A stretch of DNA of 63,891 bases, filler included, from Octopus bimaculoides (taxonomy: Eukaryota), in assembly GCF_001194135.2 (NCBI RefSeq). It is 4 parts of 3 records of this genome, joined end to end, with 100 filler letters (N's around TTAATTAATTAA, not from the genome) between each part and the next. Parts side by side here need not be neighbours in the genome. Positions count along the whole stretch, not along the records: positions 53,349 to 62,564 come from NC_068995.1; positions 62,665 to 63,891 come from NW_026416227.1; 2 more parts are not named here. One strand, written 5' to 3'. Within the stretch, counting starts at the first letter, position 1, and every line of letters starts with the position of its first letter. The notes below the pieces were generated by a model. It was not told where the DNA came from, searched no databases, and was given only the letters and a program-made list of their open reading frames with translations. Below are positions 60,831 to 63,891 of this stretch, in pieces. Made by a program: the position numbers and the translations under genes.

Positions 60831-61938
60831 CACACGTCTGTGTTTATATTTAAATACTACAGGCGAGGTAAAAGACTTTTAAAAAGACATTTCAATTTTA
60901 TCTTTCTCTAGTTCTAAATAAGATAAGTAAATTGGATATTTGTGAAAAGTAGGAAAACTACCCCTTAGAAAAGACATCTTTTTTTTTCTCTCTAAATAAA
61001 AAAAAAAAGAGATGGAACAAATGAAACAGAAATATAATAAATAACAAATAAAAGCAGCAAATAGGATTTTAATGTTGGTTGTCTTATCTTCGGAGGAATT
61101 GAAATTCTTTATAGTTCGCAGATGGTCTCTTCTCGCTAGCAAAGAGAGTAATAGCTGATATATATGTGTATATATATATATACGTCTATGTGTGTGTGCG
61201 TACACAAATATATATATATATATATACACACATATATGTCTTTGTATNNNNNNNNNNNNNNNNNNNNNNNNNNNNNNNNNNNNNNNNNNNNNNNNNNNNN
61301 NNNNNNNNNNNNNNNNNNNNNNNNNNNNNNNNNNNNNNNNNNNNNNNNNNNNNNNNNNNNNNNNNNNNNNNNNNNNNNNNNNNNNNNNNNNNNNNNNNNN
61401 NNNNNNNNNNNNNNNNNNNNNNNNNNNNNNNNNNNNNNNNNNNNNNNNNNNNNNNNNNNNNNNNNNNNNNNNNNNNNNNNNNNNNNNNNNNNNNNNNNNN
61501 NNNNNNNNNNNNNNNNNNNNNNNNNNNNNNNNNNNNNNNNNNNNNNNNNNNNNNNNNNNNNNNNNNNNNNNNNNNNNNNNNNNNNNNNNNNNNNNNNNNN
61601 NNNNNNNNNNNNNNNNNNNNNNNNNNNNNNNNNNNNNNNNNNNNNNNNNNNNNNNNNNNNNNNNNNNNNNNNNNNNNNNNNNNNNNNNNNNNNNNNNNNN
61701 NNNNNNNNNNNNNNNNNNNNNNNNNNNNNNNNNNNNNNNNNNNNNNNNNNNNNNNNNNNNNNNNNNNNNNATGGGTATCTGTGCGTAGAAAATCGCAGCA
61801 GTTTCAGCCAGAAAATGAAAAGTTGAATTTTCTCAGCAGAAGGACAATGTCCGAAGTGTTGGATTTTCCACTCAAGGATGTCACTTTCGGTCGATCTTTT
61901 GCGTATAAACACACACACATACAAGCACACGCACGCAC

Positions 61939-61970
<32 letters not shown>

Positions 61971-62564
61971 CGGGATTTCTCTTTCGTTTGTTTTATTCAA
62001 CGCACATAAATATATAAATATGTGCATCTATGTATTTATTTATATGTATAATCACACACTCACACAAACAAACACGCACTGCACGCAACAAACATGCATA
62101 TACACGAATGCACATATACACAAACACACACACACACACGCACGCTCGCGCACACGCGTTTTTACAAATGACAGTTACTTTAACCCATACAAAAACACCC
62201 AACACAGAACACACATACAACTGACAACGAACACACACAACAGGCAACGAACGCAAACAACAGGCAACGAACACACGCAGCAAACAACGAACGAACACAC
62301 ACACACACACACACACACGTACATAACTACACATCTTAACAAACATCAGCCAAAGAAACTCACCAAAATACAAACGCCGTCTTTTTTTTCCACCCAATTT
62401 ATAACGTAATGCGATTACATATGAAAGAGAAAGGTTTTTCACTAAGAAGCATTCCCCAACAGCTTCAAAGTTACATTGAAAAGATAGAGCCGAGAGTGAC
62501 TTCAGTCATAATTTTCTTGTCTCTGAACAAAATCGCTACCAGTTTGAAGAATCTAGCTTAATGG

Positions 62565-62664
62565 NNNNNNNNNNNNNNNNNNNNNNNNNNNNNNNNNNNN
62601 NNNNNNNNTTAATTAATTAANNNNNNNNNNNNNNNNNNNNNNNNNNNNNNNNNNNNNNNNNNNN
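62565..62664. other. Assembly join: 44 N + TTAATTAATTAA + 44 N
   Basis: Same construct as the other two. Confidence 0.95.
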
Positions 62665-62679
62665 TTCACTGCTACAGAG

Positions 62680-63770
62680 ACCAAATTCCATAATAACTTT
62701 TAAAAAGGGTGACCAGATATCACCAGCCAATTACCGTGCAGTAACTTCTAATTAATGGAATCATGCATCAGAGAGACTCTCTGGAACTTTGATAACCTTA
62801 TTCAACCCTCACAATTCTGATTTATCTCTCCAGTTGCTGTGGTATCTTGATAATATCATCTAAATTACAGATGGTGGTTGATAGGTAGATGTTATCTATT
62901 TCAACTTCTCCAACACCTTTGATTCTATTCAAGGCTGTCTGTAATGGGTGAGAGACCTAAACTACATGAATGGCTGATGTCCTTCATTTTCGGTTAAAAA
63001 AGAATTAGTCACAGTATTAAGATAACATTTTTGTGCCCTATACAATCACATCTGAAGATCTACATGGAACTCTTCTGGGTATCCTGTTGCTTCTTATATA
63101 TATTAAACTAAACAGATGCCAACTTGAGGCATGTTACTATATGCTATATATATATATATANNNNNNNNNNCCTTCATTCTAACCAAGACACAATGCAGTA
63201 ATGGATTGCTGATTGGCAACTGACTTCGGCATCAATGTCAACTACAACCTGTGATGGATGAACTACATTCCTAAAATCACCAAAAGGGTCAAAAAGAGTC
63301 TAAGCATCACTCAATAAGACCTTGGTTATCTATTTAAAGTTATATCTGGCTATCGTACGTCCACACAGTTTGCATCTCCAATCAGGAACCCCCATCTTGT
63401 CTAGAAAATTACTCTATTGGAAGCTGTCTAGAGACATAAAACCAGGCAAAAACACTCTGCCAGTCACCATATATTGACTGTATTGCTTTTTCTGGGTATC
63501 AGCACACTAAAGTTTTGATGTCTAGTAGCTGACTTGGTGATATCCCATAAGATTATCCACCATCTTGCTAACAACAACTTTGGTCATCTTGAATTTGATC
63601 TCTAACACCAGCAGACATACTTTGGAAATGAAAACAGAAATGAGTGCAGCACCCATGACTTTCAGAAATATTTTTCTCTGCTCACAATCGTTAACTGTCA
63701 GGACACGACATGCTTCAAAGCAATCCCTGCTTCTTGAAATTCCCCAACACTATTCCTGATCTACCTCAGC
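62680..63770 (+). mobile_element. CR1-type LINE reverse transcriptase and C-terminus, heavily decayed
   Basis: FKKGDQISPANYR, VDVIYFNFSNTFDSI, GTLLGILLLLIYI, LYLAIVRPH..FASPI, FQKYFS...IVN; these follow the CR1 RT motif order. Confidence 0.82.
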
Positions 63771-63891
63771 ACCCTTTCCTTTCTATCACTCTCAAACTGT
63801 TTTCTTTTCTCTCATTTTCTGTTTTATTCTTTGTATTTTGCAGGATCCAGCTTTCACTGCTGCTTCTTGTCCCCTTTTTTACCCTTTTTCT

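Overview
AT-rich, gap-riddled animal genomic DNA dominated by microsatellites ((TA)n, (CA)n, (TTA)n, (GATA)n, (TAG)n) and decayed transposons. The SINE families and repeat style point to an Octopus genome (inference, not a database hit). Nearly all long ORFs in the supplied track are microsatellite or N-gap artefacts. Three 100-nt gaps carry a TTAATTAATTAA spacer, so the window is four joined scaffolds. Mobile elements supported by sequence: several tRNA-derived SINE families, R4/Dong-type, RTE, CR1 and Penelope-like retroelement remnants, Tc1/mariner fragments, and piggyBac-type and hAT-type MITEs with TIRs and TSDs. Host genes: the last two exons of an unidentified + strand gene (30234-32364), candidate exons of a convergent - strand gene (36159-48511), and a phase-compatible - strand exon chain at 17275-17991. 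No gene symbol could be assigned. The best lead is a palindrome at about 42150-42645 made of two copies of a tRNA-headed repeat whose tail carries a minimal type I hammerhead ribozyme motif, together with a second hammerhead-like family with a variant core (12337-12371; 18213-18490) and two Penelope-like RT remnants. All translations and alignments were done by eye and boundaries of degenerate elements are approximate.
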